A model generated the notes under the pieces. That model made no database searches. It worked only from the letters and a program-made list of their open reading frames with translations, and was not told the origin of the DNA. The position numbers were made by a program, and so were the translations under genes. Positions 29,484-39,500 of a stretch of DNA of 64,000 nucleotides are shown piece after piece. The stretch comes from Phycisphaeraceae bacterium (GTDB lineage Bacteria > Planctomycetota > Phycisphaerae > Phycisphaerales > Phycisphaeraceae): the NCBI GenBank assembly GCA_963674705.1, contig OY771506.1:1248001-1312000 (forward strand). Direction: 5' to 3'. How positions within the stretch are numbered: the stretch's first letter is position 1; each line of letters begins with the position of its first letter.

Positions 29484-31085
29484 ATGATCCTGCTTGATGG
29501 TTCGGTATCTGGTCTGTTCGCGTTTGTGGTTGTGTTCGCGATCGGAGCGTTGTTTTATGTGATCTGGTTTCGTGAGCGAGTGCGTTGGTCGGATCCGTTT
29601 TGCATCAAGTGTCGGTATGACTTGCGTGGCCGAGGGCCGGAGAGTATGCCGAGTTGTCCGGAATGCGGTGCGGACCTGACGCGGCCGCGTGCGGTGGGAT
29701 ACATGCAGCGCGGTCGCCGGCCGTGGCTGATCTGGGTGAGTGTGGTGATGATGATCGGGCCGACATTGCCGGTGGTTCTTGCGCCTTTGGTGCAGGTTGT
29801 GATTGAGCATGTCGTTGCCCAGCCATCGTCGCCGGGAACTCGCAGGGCCGTGGTTCAGCAGAAGCATCAAGCCGATCAGAATGATTGGGATGAACTGATT
29901 GAACGGATCGATGCCGGCACGTTGAAGGCGGACGAGGCGGAGCGTGTGGCTCTATCGTACATCGAGCAGATCCAAACGAATTCGAAAAAAGAGCGGGAAT
30001 TCAGGTTCAGGCCCGTCACGCCCAGCCAACAGAAGCCGTTTTTCCAACGCGCGTACCAGGCGGGACTGCTTAGCCGGGCCGTGCAGATCGATCTGGCTAA
30101 AGCGTTCTATGACCAGCAGGCGGTGTTGCGGCAGGTGTCGGATACACACATCCGCGAGAAGGTATTTCCACTAAGCTTTGATGTGCGTGCCGATCAAAGG
30201 CTCGAAGAGGTGCTCGGTTTACCGATCGAACGGAAGTGGGTTGTGAAGCAGGTTTCTATCGATGGCCAACCCGCGACGTTTACAGCTAATCAAAACAATC
30301 CCGCGATGTACGGGGCGATGGTTGATCTGCCGGAGTTGATTGAAGGCGAGCATGTTGTCACGACCGAGCTTGAAGGTACGTTTGTGTATGTGGACGGGGC
30401 AACAGTCAAGAATGGCGAAGCGGATGCGGCCGGCGACAATCAACCGCCTGAGGTGTTGCACCGCTGGCACACCACGGCACAGACCACACTGAAGCTTGTG
30501 GGCAAGAACCACGGCACTGTTGCGCTGTCGACGGACCCGGCACTTGATCCGGGGGAGGACGGCGTAGCGCCGGTGTATGTCGCGGTTCAACAGTTCGGGA
30601 AGATGAAACAGCTATCGGTGAAGCTGACACCAATGGGGATTTACCAGGGCGCGCTCAGTTACGATGTTTCTGTTGTGATCGAGGGCAAGCCTTACAGCGC
30701 GGGGCACTACCATTACTACCAGGTGGGGTCCAAGTCGTCGATTGGTTATGGCCCATTGATGGTTTTTCTGCCGGCGTTGGATGAATCGATCAACTCGGCC
30801 GACATCGTGCTGACGCCCAGCCCGGAGCATGCAGCCAGGTTCATGAAGGTCGATGCGATCTGGGGTAAGACAAGCACGTTTGAAAGTGTTCCCATCAAGC
30901 GTTACGACCTTCTGGAAACCGCGAACGAGCAGGAGCCGGCGGTATCTGCCGAGCAGCAGATCAGTATCGGTATGTTCCCGAATCCTGCGATGTTTAACGG
31001 GATCGTGCCGGAGGAGTTGTCACGGGCGATTGAAGCCCAGGCGGCCAAGGCCGAGGCGGCGGTGGAATCTGAAGAAGCGGAGTAG
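29484..31085 (+). CDS. Hypothetical membrane protein with a CxxCxYDLRG-x-CPECG zinc finger
   Basis: TM segment, FCIKCRYDLRG...CPECGADL, second TM segment, large C-terminal domain; GGAGA RBS before ATG 29484. Confidence 0.8.
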   Translation: MILLDGSVSGLFAFVVVFAIGALFYVIWFRERVRWSDPFCIKCRYDLRGRGPESMPSCPECGADLTRPRAVGYMQRGRRPWLIWVSVVMMIGPTLPVVLAPLVQVVIEHVVAQPSSPGTRRAVVQQKHQADQNDWDELIERIDAGTLKADEAERVALSYIEQIQTNSKKEREFRFRPVTPSQQKPFFQRAYQAGLLSRAVQIDLAKAFYDQQAVLRQVSDTHIREKVFPLSFDVRADQRLEEVLGLPIERKWVVKQVSIDGQPATFTANQNNPAMYGAMVDLPELIEGEHVVTTELEGTFVYVDGATVKNGEADAAGDNQPPEVLHRWHTTAQTTLKLVGKNHGTVALSTDPALDPGEDGVAPVYVAVQQFGKMKQLSVKLTPMGIYQGALSYDVSVVIEGKPYSAGHYHYYQVGSKSSIGYGPLMVFLPALDESINSADIVLTPSPEHAARFMKVDAIWGKTSTFESVPIKRYDLLETANEQEPAVSAEQQISIGMFPNPAMFNGIVPEELSRAIEAQAAKAEAAVESEEAE

Positions 31086-31105
31086 GTAAGCCTGGCGTGG
31101 TGTAT

Positions 31106-31504
31106 TTAGTCAGCGCGACGCCAGCGTCCCCATTTGGTATGTGTCATGTAGGTGCGGCGGTCGCCTTGTTCATCGATCAGGGACAGGTTGTTATCGCTCA
31201 TGACATACACGGCCCCGCAATGACGACAACAGTAATGATATTCTTTGGTATTTTGTGCTTCTGGTATTGCTTTGTCAGTTGGAACGAAGTCATAGTCGCA
31301 CCGGCCACAGGCGCACTTCGGCAAGTCGGGACGCCAGAGCGTGAAGAGTTTTACGGTTATCCCAAGTAGAACAAGAGGCGCAAAAACAGCAGCCAACCCA
31401 ATGGAAGCGCCCAGGTACCAGGTTCCGCCCAGCCACCATGAAACGGCTGCCCCGATCAGGGCAAAGAGGATCATGATGAGGGGCAGTATGCTGCTGAGGT
31501 TCAT
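31106..31504 (-). CDS. Small membrane protein with a Cys-rich Zn ribbon
   Basis: Two TM helices, then PKCACG...YCCRHCG. Confidence 0.7.
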   Translation of the reverse strand: MNLSSILPLIMILFALIGAAVSWWLGGTWYLGASIGLAAVFAPLVLLGITVKLFTLWRPDLPKCACGRCDYDFVPTDKAIPEAQNTKEYHYCCRHCGAVYVMSDNNLSLIDEQGDRRTYMTHTKWGRWRRAD

Positions 31505-31880
31505 GCTTTATGCTTTGTGTTATTCAGGGGCCGCTAAAGGCTGACCGTCAAAATCATACCACCCCATGCTTTGATTTGAGTTGGTGATGGAAACGATGTC
31601 TGCTCAGGCGACACGTTAGGCTGATGTTGTCTGTCTGGTTGTCGTTGTAAGACGTGGCACGCAATACCATGTTTGCTGATTGGCTTGATAGGTTTGGGAA
31701 TCCTCTTGGTATTCGTGAGTGCGGTTGGTAGGATGGAGTGACATCTGCAAGGGTCACCGCCGTGCGTTGTACATCGCGTTATCAACTTTCGCGAACGCCG
31801 AGCGGTGATCGGGGAGGCCGCCGACCTGTCTCGGTAACCAGTCGGACTTCCGTCTCACACCACAACGAGGAGAGAAAGCC

Positions 31881-32588
31881 ATGCGTCAGAATTTGGGCGG
31901 GATTGTTGCTGTGTTTGTTGCCGGGTTGTTTTGTATCACATTGATGCTGCCAAATGGTGCTGCCAATGCTTCGGTCATTATTTATCAACAGGGGCTCAAC
32001 GGTTACAGCAATGCAACCGACCTGACTGTTTATAAACAGGTGCCCACAAGCAATTATGCCTTCAGCGCCACCATGCAGGTCGGTAACTATGGAGAATCCG
32101 ACGAAATGCATTCGCTGTTTGGTTTTGACAATATCTTCGGCAACCTGCCCGGACAGATACCGCTTGGATCGACGATCAATAGCGCAACACTCAGCCTGTC
32201 CAACACGGGAATCGCAATCCCCGCGGCGGGCGCGCTTTATCGTATGACCTCGCCCTGGATCGACCTGCTCGATACGTGGGATACGCTTGTCGATGGTGTG
32301 AACAATAACCCACTTGGCGAGTATGATCCGACGCCTTCCTACAGCGGGCCCATCGGCAGCGGGCCGCTTGATGTCGCCAGCATTGTGCAGGACTGGTCTA
32401 ACGGTGCGCCAAACTACGGCATCGCTTTCCTGCCTACCGCCACGGGCGTGCTTGCATTCGGCTCCAGCGACAACGCAAGCGTTGCCCACAGGCCTTACCT
32501 CACAATCGATTACACCGTTCCCGAACCGACAGCCTTATCTATGATGGTACTAGGCGCAACACTGTGCGTGCGCCGGCGGCGGCGTTGA
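31881..32588 (+). CDS. PEP-CTERM (exosortase-target) surface protein with a DNRLRE-like domain
   Basis: Signal peptide; YQQGLNGY, INSATLSL, VQDW..G..NYG, RPYLTIDY; C-terminal VPEP-TM-RRRRR. Confidence 0.9.
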   Translation: MRQNLGGIVAVFVAGLFCITLMLPNGAANASVIIYQQGLNGYSNATDLTVYKQVPTSNYAFSATMQVGNYGESDEMHSLFGFDNIFGNLPGQIPLGSTINSATLSLSNTGIAIPAAGALYRMTSPWIDLLDTWDTLVDGVNNNPLGEYDPTPSYSGPIGSGPLDVASIVQDWSNGAPNYGIAFLPTATGVLAFGSSDNASVAHRPYLTIDYTVPEPTALSMMVLGATLCVRRRRR

Positions 32589-32617
32589 CGATATCAATTG
32601 CTCTGGAAGTAATTGTA

Positions 32618-33877
32618 TTACTCGCCACCCTCAAGTTGAGCGTCGTACTGGATTATCTGTCCCGGGACGAGGCGGTCGCATGCGATGGTAAGCATGCCGG
32701 TGTTAGCGTCGGCGTTGATGAGGACGGTGCGCTCTTCGTTTGGGGCGAGACCGCGCAGGGAGGTGTCGGAGCGGATGGCGGCGATGGCGGGGTAGGCGTC
32801 ATGGTAGATCGGGGCGACGCCGGCGTTGGTGATGGTGATGCGTGACTGGCGGCCGTTGGTTTGATAGTCGGTGATGACGAAGTGGTAGCCGGTCGCTAAG
32901 GCTGCTTCGCGAATGCGCTCGACTGTTTGATATTTGAATTGATCGTTGGCGAGCATGTAGGTGATGTGGAAGCGTTTGGCGGCGCTTTCAAAAGGCTCAT
33001 CGTGCGGCCCGTTTGGCGCTAAAGCATTTTTCTGATCGTGGTGGTTGTAGTAGCTGAACTCCCCGCCGGCGGGCGCGGTGCGGTAGCGGTTGCGGTCGAA
33101 GAAGTTCCAGCAGGTTTCGTTGTGTTCGTTGTGCGAGCCGTGCATGAACGAATCGTCGAACAGGCCGAAGGAGAGTTTGAGCAGGTCGGGTTGATCCGCG
33201 AAAGGTGTGCGCTGCGTTTCGGCGGCGTCGATCGAGATGCTCCAAGGCGTGTTGCGGAAAACCGCGTGCAGGTGCCGCAGGAACATCGCCTGGTATTCCT
33301 TGGACGGGAAGGTCTTGCCGAGTTGCATCGGCCCGTCGTAGATGTGGTACTCCGCCCACAGCCCGAAGCCGACCTGCACGAACGCGAGACGCGGGTCGTT
33401 GTCGTAGCGCTTGGCGAACTGCGTGTAGAAGTCGAGCGCGAAAGCTTGTAAGGCCGGGTGCGACCAGTCGCAGAACGCGGTGTCGTTGCCTTCGCTCTTG
33501 GCGATCACTTCGTGATAGTCCGGCAACTTCTTGATCGAATCCGGCACAGCGGTCTGTTTGTAGCCGGGATAGATAAAACGGAATCGCAGGATCGCCTGGT
33601 GCTGTCGCGATGCTACTTCGTCGAGAAGATCATCGACCGCCGACCAGTCGTACTTGCCATCGGCATCGACAACCTGGTTATACAGCATGTAAGAAAACTC
33701 AAGCTGGATCGCATCGGAATCCGCGTGTTCGTTGTCATGCCAGACGACCATGCCGGTCATGGGCTGAACATGGTCGACTGTCGATTGCAACGCGACGGGT
33801 TGCCAGTCGTCGGCGTGTGCGAGGCTCGTTAAGAGGATGGCAAGGCAGGCGGTGATAAGGGGGTGTTTGATAGACAT
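32618..33877 (-). CDS. Exported DUF4832-type / GH42-like TIM-barrel protein
   Basis: Signal peptide (AHA-D); YDWS..D, RYDNDPRLAFVQVGFGLWAEYH, GGEFSYY, GYHF, NAGVAPIY. Confidence 0.75.
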   Translation of the reverse strand: MSIKHPLITACLAILLTSLAHADDWQPVALQSTVDHVQPMTGMVVWHDNEHADSDAIQLEFSYMLYNQVVDADGKYDWSAVDDLLDEVASRQHQAILRFRFIYPGYKQTAVPDSIKKLPDYHEVIAKSEGNDTAFCDWSHPALQAFALDFYTQFAKRYDNDPRLAFVQVGFGLWAEYHIYDGPMQLGKTFPSKEYQAMFLRHLHAVFRNTPWSISIDAAETQRTPFADQPDLLKLSFGLFDDSFMHGSHNEHNETCWNFFDRNRYRTAPAGGEFSYYNHHDQKNALAPNGPHDEPFESAAKRFHITYMLANDQFKYQTVERIREAALATGYHFVITDYQTNGRQSRITITNAGVAPIYHDAYPAIAAIRSDTSLRGLAPNEERTVLINADANTGMLTIACDRLVPGQIIQYDAQLEGGE

Positions 33878-34154
33878 GCTCACTATGACAACAGAATTCG
33901 GCGATGGGTACAAAAGCGACGCACGGATTTCGGCCTTTTTTGATCGGTAGCGGGTCCGAAAGCTTCATGCACACCCCCCGCCTCAGCCGACATTACCCCT
34001 ATGAACTCCGCCCGATAACCCCCGCCGGACCTTCCGGCGCCGGTAGGACGCTCGGCTTGTCGGTGGGCGGCTCCGGTTCGCCCCGCACGCATGACAACTT
34101 TGATCGCGGTCGCATCAGGCGCGCAGCCGGGACCCAGATGGGAAGTGTCAGATA

Positions 34155-34958
34155 ATGATCGAACCAAGTGCAGAACCGCCCGCCGACACTCGCCACGACG
34201 CCCCCAAGCAGGTCACGCTTGGGCGGAGGGTCAAGACGATGGCCGAGGGTGTCCTGCGCCACTGCCCCTTTGCGTTCCGGCTGGCCTCAAAGCTCTACCA
34301 CAAGGTGAACGGCTCCTACCGGACCCTGAGCCCGGGTGCGCCCGAAGCGATCCGAAAATCATTTCAGTACCTGATGCAGCAGAACGGCGGCGTTACCGGC
34401 GACTACTACGAGTTCGGCCTCTTCCGCGGATACACGTTGGAGCAGGCTTGGCAACATTGCAGGGAGCTCGGGCTTGGCGACCTGCACTTCCACGGCTTCG
34501 ATTCTTTCGTCGGCCTCCCCCCCGCTACTGGGATCGATCAGGCCGAGGGTCGCTTCTTCAAAGGGCAGTTCGCCTGCTCGCTGAAAGCAGTCAAAGCGAA
34601 TCTGAAGTCCAAAGGGGTCGATCTTGGCCAGGTCAACCTGATTAAAGGGTATTACGAAGACAGCCTGACGCCGGCGCTGCGGGAGCAGTACACGTTCAAG
34701 CCCGCGGCGGTTGTCATGCTGGATTGCGATTATTATTCGTCCACCACGACCGCGTTGAACTGGATGGAGCCATACCTCCGGCCGGGGACGATCCTGTTGT
34801 TTGATGACTGGTACGCTTTTGGCGGTTCGGAAGAACTCGGCCAGCAGAAGGCTTATCGCGAGTTCCTTGAGCGTCACCCGGAGTACCAGTCCGAGGCCTT
34901 GTGGGAGTTCAAGGACAACGGCAAAGCGTTCGTGTTACGGGACGCCGGCCGGGCCTGA
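34155..34958 (+). CDS. TylF/MycF/NovP-family O-methyltransferase
   Basis: GDYYEFGLFRG, FDSFVGLP, KGYYEDSL, LDCDYYSS, FDDW. Confidence 0.9.
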   Translation: MIEPSAEPPADTRHDAPKQVTLGRRVKTMAEGVLRHCPFAFRLASKLYHKVNGSYRTLSPGAPEAIRKSFQYLMQQNGGVTGDYYEFGLFRGYTLEQAWQHCRELGLGDLHFHGFDSFVGLPPATGIDQAEGRFFKGQFACSLKAVKANLKSKGVDLGQVNLIKGYYEDSLTPALREQYTFKPAAVVMLDCDYYSSTTTALNWMEPYLRPGTILLFDDWYAFGGSEELGQQKAYREFLERHPEYQSEALWEFKDNGKAFVLRDAGRA

Positions 34959-35409
34959 GCAAGCCGACGCGCCCGCAGCTTGCGCGGATTTTGGGGATTG
35001 GGAGAGGGGATGGCGATGAAGTGTGGCTCTGGGTATAGACCGATCGGCTTTATGTTTATATCTTGGTTGTATGGATAATCCGGGAAAACAAGCGGCGCGA
35101 CCTGTCAAAAGCCCGATCAAAGAATCACCACTGCCTCAGCCCGGTGATCAGGCCGGAATATGTCGCGCTGTATCAATCCCGATTGGCGATGCACATCAGA
35201 AACAATCAGCACGTTAATGTAGTTGAGAATGTATTTGAGATGGGTACTCGAACACAACCGCTCGTTGCACGTTAAACCAACAACCAGCACATTTTGCCCT
35301 GCGGGTCAAAATGTGGCACCCGGCGATGATGAGGGGATGTTTGATGGGCATGCCTACTATCACAACATATTTATGCCTTCAGGACAAAACGTAGTACTCT
35401 GCTTGAATC

Positions 35410-35835
35410 TTATTCATCTTCGTTGAACTCGCCGACGTCCCACTCTTCATCATCGCTGAGGTCTACGTAATATTTACAATGGCGACACTCCTGCACGGTC
35501 CCTTTCAGGCTGGCTGGGAACGTCATTGTCTTACCGCACGACTCGCAGACGACTTCGAGCGTATCGCCTTGTTTTGATTTTTCCGCTTTTCGTTGATCGC
35601 GGCCTTTGGCGACGTACTCTTCGATCAAGGCTTTGGCCTGCTCCCCGTGGACACGGTCTACCCAGACCTCCGAGTTGTGGATGCCGGCCAGACCGCCCAG
35701 GAACCAGTTGCCTGTTACGGAGTTGTCTTCATGAGCCACCGCGGGGATGCCCTGTGATTCGAGGTAGAGCTGGGCCATGCGTGCGTCTTGATTGCTCTCG
35801 GCCTTGTAAATCGAAACTGGATCGGAAAGCTCCAT
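35410..35835 (-). CDS. DUF2007-like (PII-fold signal) protein with a C-terminal Zn ribbon
   Basis: IYKA...A..LESQGIPA...EVWV...AKALI, then CESC...CRHC. Confidence 0.8.
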   Translation of the reverse strand: MELSDPVSIYKAESNQDARMAQLYLESQGIPAVAHEDNSVTGNWFLGGLAGIHNSEVWVDRVHGEQAKALIEEYVAKGRDQRKAEKSKQGDTLEVVCESCGKTMTFPASLKGTVQECRHCKYYVDLSDDEEWDVGEFNEDE

Positions 35836-36135
35836 GCGTACCACCTGTTACAACTGATATAAACCATACGAACCTCGGTTGACTCCTTAGCCGAACCGGT
35901 TGGCATTAGTGTAACGCAATCAACTGAGAATCTGTAGAAGCGTGTTGCAGATTTCAGTTTTCGGTATGGGTGATATGACAACATATTTGGGGGCACGCCA
36001 CAATATGGGAATTAGCCACGGATGAAGAAGAAGCGGGGTATGCGCAGATTTTGGGGATTGGAAAATGGAGCGGTGAGGAAGGTAGTGCGTGCGTTTTGCG
36101 CTATAAGGCGAAATACAGCGCCTCTGCTCATTGTC

Positions 36136-36705
36136 TCAAGTAATCTTCAGGTCTTTTTCAGGGTAGCGCTTGAAGTGTGATTCATACATGTTCGCATAGT
36201 TCGAGAACAACTGGCATCGTGTGATGTAGTTGTATCCTATTTTGCCGGTGTCGGATTCCCATTCGGCTGTCACGTTGAAGTAATGCAGATGGACTTCATA
36301 ATCATTGAGCCTGGCGATTCGGCCGAGGAAGAATAAATCATCTTCGGGATGTTCATCTTCAAGGATGATTAGTTTGTTTTGAGCCTGTATATGAGTCAGA
36401 AGTGCTTGCCAGTTGGATAATGGATATTGGGGGACGGCTTGCAGGTTACTAAGGCATCCTTCTTCCTCCAACATCTGCAGATGAAGCTCGTTGGTCTCGC
36501 CTGAGTCAATGGATGTGATGTCTTTGATGCTCAGGACCTGTAGACCATCCCATACAAAGTCGCTTAGGTGGCGGATGATCAGCAGTTCGTTTGAATAGTC
36601 CAGGACTATTCCGTGAACAGAAGCATCAGTGATATCGTCGCGTTCGATGGAAACTAAATCGCCATCACGCCGATAGCTTTCCAGTATGGAGGATAACTCG
36701 GACAT
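36136..36705 (-). CDS. Hypothetical protein (lower GC)
   Basis: 189-aa acidic ORF with GAGG RBS; two similar beta-rich halves. Confidence 0.7.
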   Translation of the reverse strand: MSELSSILESYRRDGDLVSIERDDITDASVHGIVLDYSNELLIIRHLSDFVWDGLQVLSIKDITSIDSGETNELHLQMLEEEGCLSNLQAVPQYPLSNWQALLTHIQAQNKLIILEDEHPEDDLFFLGRIARLNDYEVHLHYFNVTAEWESDTGKIGYNYITRCQLFSNYANMYESHFKRYPEKDLKIT

Positions 36706-37153
36706 ACAACCTCACAACGATATCTTATCAAGGCTTCTGGAAGCATAATACCATCCCCGCGACGGTCAGGGAAAATGTACTTATCCCTTATTGTCAACAG
36801 CACAAGATGTCACGGCGTGCTTAGAAGAAAGGTTCTTCGTGGTCGTATGTCTTGACTGTAAAGTACGACGTCTCCGGCTCCTTGTAGCCGGGTGCCACAC
36901 TTTGACGGCCCCGCCGCAAAGTGTGTGGTTGTTCACGTGGTTGGGGTGTGCAGTATTCAGTTCAATTTTCTATGTTACGCACATTTTGCCCTTCGGATCA
37001 AAATGTGGCACCCGGCCACGGATGAACACGGATAAACACGGATGGGGAAGAAGAGGGGTATCCGCAGATGGCGCAGATTTTGGGGATTGGGGTGGAGGTA
37101 GTGTGGGTTACAAATGGGATATTTTCCCTGCGGATCAAAATGTGGCGATCCGG

Positions 37154-37591
37154 TTACTCATATGAATGAACGACAATATATTTATTTTGTAACAATGCAT
37201 CACGGCACATACGCAGTAATACGTCTAGAGCTTTTTCGGGAGGATTCTCTTCGTGCCAAGTGAGTTCTTCCTCATATCCCGCCCACGCAGTAGCTACGCT
37301 CGCTATCTGGTCCGTGTGTATGGATGCGATTTCTCTAACAACAGTGGGGCTTAATACAGAGGCAAATTCTAGGCCGTCGGTCGACTCCGCATGACTTATT
37401 TCTGTTTCGTCAAGCAACGATTCAAAGTTGGCATCGAAGTCTACGCCACGTATAACAGCTAATAAAGACGCAACCTGATCTGACATAAAACCGATGTCTA
37501 CGGCGTATCCATTTGCACTATCTACTCTAGAACCGAGTACAACCGATGCGTTTTTGTCGTCCAAGATTTTTAAGTTATGTATATAAGCCAT
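37154..37591 (-). CDS. Hypothetical acidic low-GC protein
   Basis: ATG 7 nt after the murC stop codon; AT-rich codon usage. Confidence 0.6.
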   Translation of the reverse strand: MAYIHNLKILDDKNASVVLGSRVDSANGYAVDIGFMSDQVASLLAVIRGVDFDANFESLLDETEISHAESTDGLEFASVLSPTVVREIASIHTDQIASVATAWAGYEEELTWHEENPPEKALDVLLRMCRDALLQNKYIVVHSYE

Positions 37592-37598
37592 ATAGCGT

Positions 37599-39167
37599 TT
37601 AACGATTGTTGGGCCGTAAATAATCCCTCGCCACCTGCCACACATCCCCAGCGCCCATGGTGACGACCAGGTCGCCGGGGCGGGTGATCAACTCTAGTTG
37701 TTCGACGATGGCGGCGAAGGGGTAGAGGTGCATGGCGGCGACGCCTTTTTCTCTCAGGCGGTCGACGAGGTCGCCGGCGGTGACGGCGTGGCGTTCCTTC
37801 TCCGAGTCGCGGACGAAGTAGATGTGCGGGACGATGACGGTGTCGGCGCTACTGAAACTGACGGCGAACTCGTCCATGAAGAAGCGGGTTCGGCTGTGCT
37901 GGTGGGGCTGGAAGACGCAGATGAGGCGGTTGGGTTCGTAGTGGTGGCGCAGGGCGCGGAGGGTGGTGTCGACTTCGGTGGGGTGGTGGCCGTAGTCGTC
38001 GACGACGGTGACGACCTTGTCGCGCGGGGTGTTGCGGTCGACGGGTTTGCCATCGGGGGATTTGGCGCCCATCCATTGCATGCGTCGGTCGAGGCCGGTG
38101 AAGGACTCGATGGCTTTGGCGATGTCGGGCCAGTCGGCGCCGAGGCGATGCGCGGTGATGGCGGCGACGGCGGCGTTGTAGGCCATGTGTTCGCCGGGCA
38201 TGGGGGAGGTCCAGTCCATGACGCCGGCGGAATCATCATCACCGTGATGCAGGCGGACTTGGTCGCCCTTGATGCCGACGCGCCAGTCGGCCTGGTAGGA
38301 GAAGCCGATGGTCTCGACGTGGCAGTTGAGTTCGGCGGTGATGGGCAGGCGGTGAGGCATTTCGTGGTTGATGAGGAGTGTGCCGCCTGATTCGGGTGAA
38401 GTGCCGGAAGAGGTCCGGACCTTCGCTTCGCTCAGAGCCGGCGTTGGGGGAGAGTCAGGTGTATCAGATGGAGAAGTCTTCCGGGGGGGGATGCGTTCGG
38501 CGAAGACTTTGAAAGACTCGACGATCTCGTCGAGGGAGCTGTATAAGTCCAGGTGGTCGGCTTCGACGTTGAGGATGGTGGCGTGAGTCGGGTGGAAGTT
38601 GTGGAAGGAGCGGTCGTACTCGCATGCCTCGGCGACGAGGATGTCGGATTCGCCGACGCGCACACCCCCGCCGATCTGCCGGCAGTTGGCGCCGACGATG
38701 AAGGACGGGTCGAGGCCGGTCTGGATGAGGATGTGGCTGAGCATGGACGTGGTGGTGGATTTGCCGTGCGTCCCGGCGATGGCGACGCCTGTCCGGCCGA
38801 TCATCAGCTCGCCCAGCATGGCGGCATACTTCTTGACAGCGATACCCCGCCGCACGGCCTCGGCAAGCTCGGGATGATCGGGCTTGATCGCGGCCGAGAT
38901 GACGACCAGCTCGACATCGTCGGGCAAACTCTCGGCGGATTGTTCGAGGACGACGGGGATGTCATCCGACTGAAGCGAGTTCACCGTCGCGGAGGTCTTG
39001 AGATCGGAGCCGGAGCAGTGTGCGCCGAGGTGCTTGGCCAGGCGTGCCAGCCCGGACATCCCGCAGCCGCCGATCCCGATGAAGTGGACACGTTTACCCG
39101 CTAATAGAGGCGCGGCGGCGCTGGGGCTGTCGGCGGACGGGGCTTGATCGCGAATAGGAGTAGACAT
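37599..39167 (-). CDS. murC: UDP-N-acetylmuramate--L-alanine ligase
   Basis: HFIGIGGCGMSGLA, AGTHGKSTT, EACEYD, DHLD, DDYGHHPTE, FQPHQHSRT, MGAGD. Confidence 0.97.
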   Translation of the reverse strand: MSTPIRDQAPSADSPSAAAPLLAGKRVHFIGIGGCGMSGLARLAKHLGAHCSGSDLKTSATVNSLQSDDIPVVLEQSAESLPDDVELVVISAAIKPDHPELAEAVRRGIAVKKYAAMLGELMIGRTGVAIAGTHGKSTTTSMLSHILIQTGLDPSFIVGANCRQIGGGVRVGESDILVAEACEYDRSFHNFHPTHATILNVEADHLDLYSSLDEIVESFKVFAERIPPRKTSPSDTPDSPPTPALSEAKVRTSSGTSPESGGTLLINHEMPHRLPITAELNCHVETIGFSYQADWRVGIKGDQVRLHHGDDDSAGVMDWTSPMPGEHMAYNAAVAAITAHRLGADWPDIAKAIESFTGLDRRMQWMGAKSPDGKPVDRNTPRDKVVTVVDDYGHHPTEVDTTLRALRHHYEPNRLICVFQPHQHSRTRFFMDEFAVSFSSADTVIVPHIYFVRDSEKERHAVTAGDLVDRLREKGVAAMHLYPFAAIVEQLELITRPGDLVVTMGAGDVWQVARDYLRPNNR

Positions 39168-39247
39168 CATGAGGATTGTATCGGTGGTGTTGGGGTTTGG
39201 GGGTTAGGGATTGGGGAAGGTCACAGGAAAGCAGGAAATATGATCCT

Positions 39248-39327
39248 CCGATACCCGATACCCGATACCCGATACCCGATACCCGATACCCGATACCCGA
39301 TACCCGATACCCGATACCCGATACCCG
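39248..39327. repeat. Perfect heptamer tandem repeat (CCGATAC)11
   Basis: 11 exact units plus CCG in the divergent murC/GH57 intergenic region. Confidence 0.97.
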
Positions 39328-39500
39328 TCTCCTGCTCTCCTGATCTACAATCTCCTTCTCATCCGGCCCGGCCCTTCGCTTCGCTCAGAACCGGCGTTGG
39401 GGGGGAAGCCATTAGCCTTTAGAGATCAGCCATTAGCAATACCATTCCCACACCCCACACCCAATCCACCCCCGATCCCTAATGCCGCTATGATAAACAC

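Larger units (their letters stand above)
35288..37153. repeat. REP cluster (GGGTGCCACATTTTG..CAAAATGTG family) interleaved with cargo genes
   Basis: Copies at 35288-35324, 36884-36925 (starts with GTAG), 36980-37019 and 37119-37153; also GCGCRGATTTTGGGGATTGG near 34982, 36042 and 37071. Confidence 0.85.

Noticed and set aside
31534..31870. Possible riboswitch or small ORFs upstream of the PEP-CTERM gene
   Set aside because: No riboswitch consensus recognised and the short ORFs lack motifs; an Rfam/Infernal scan would be needed.
35288..37153. Hairpins between cargo genes as integron attC sites
   Set aside because: No RYYYAAC/GTTRRRY core pairs and no integrase; they match REP-like hairpins also found at 10011.
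39144..39422. ORF with YPIPDTR repeats
   Set aside because: A translation artefact of the (CCGATAC)11 DNA repeat.
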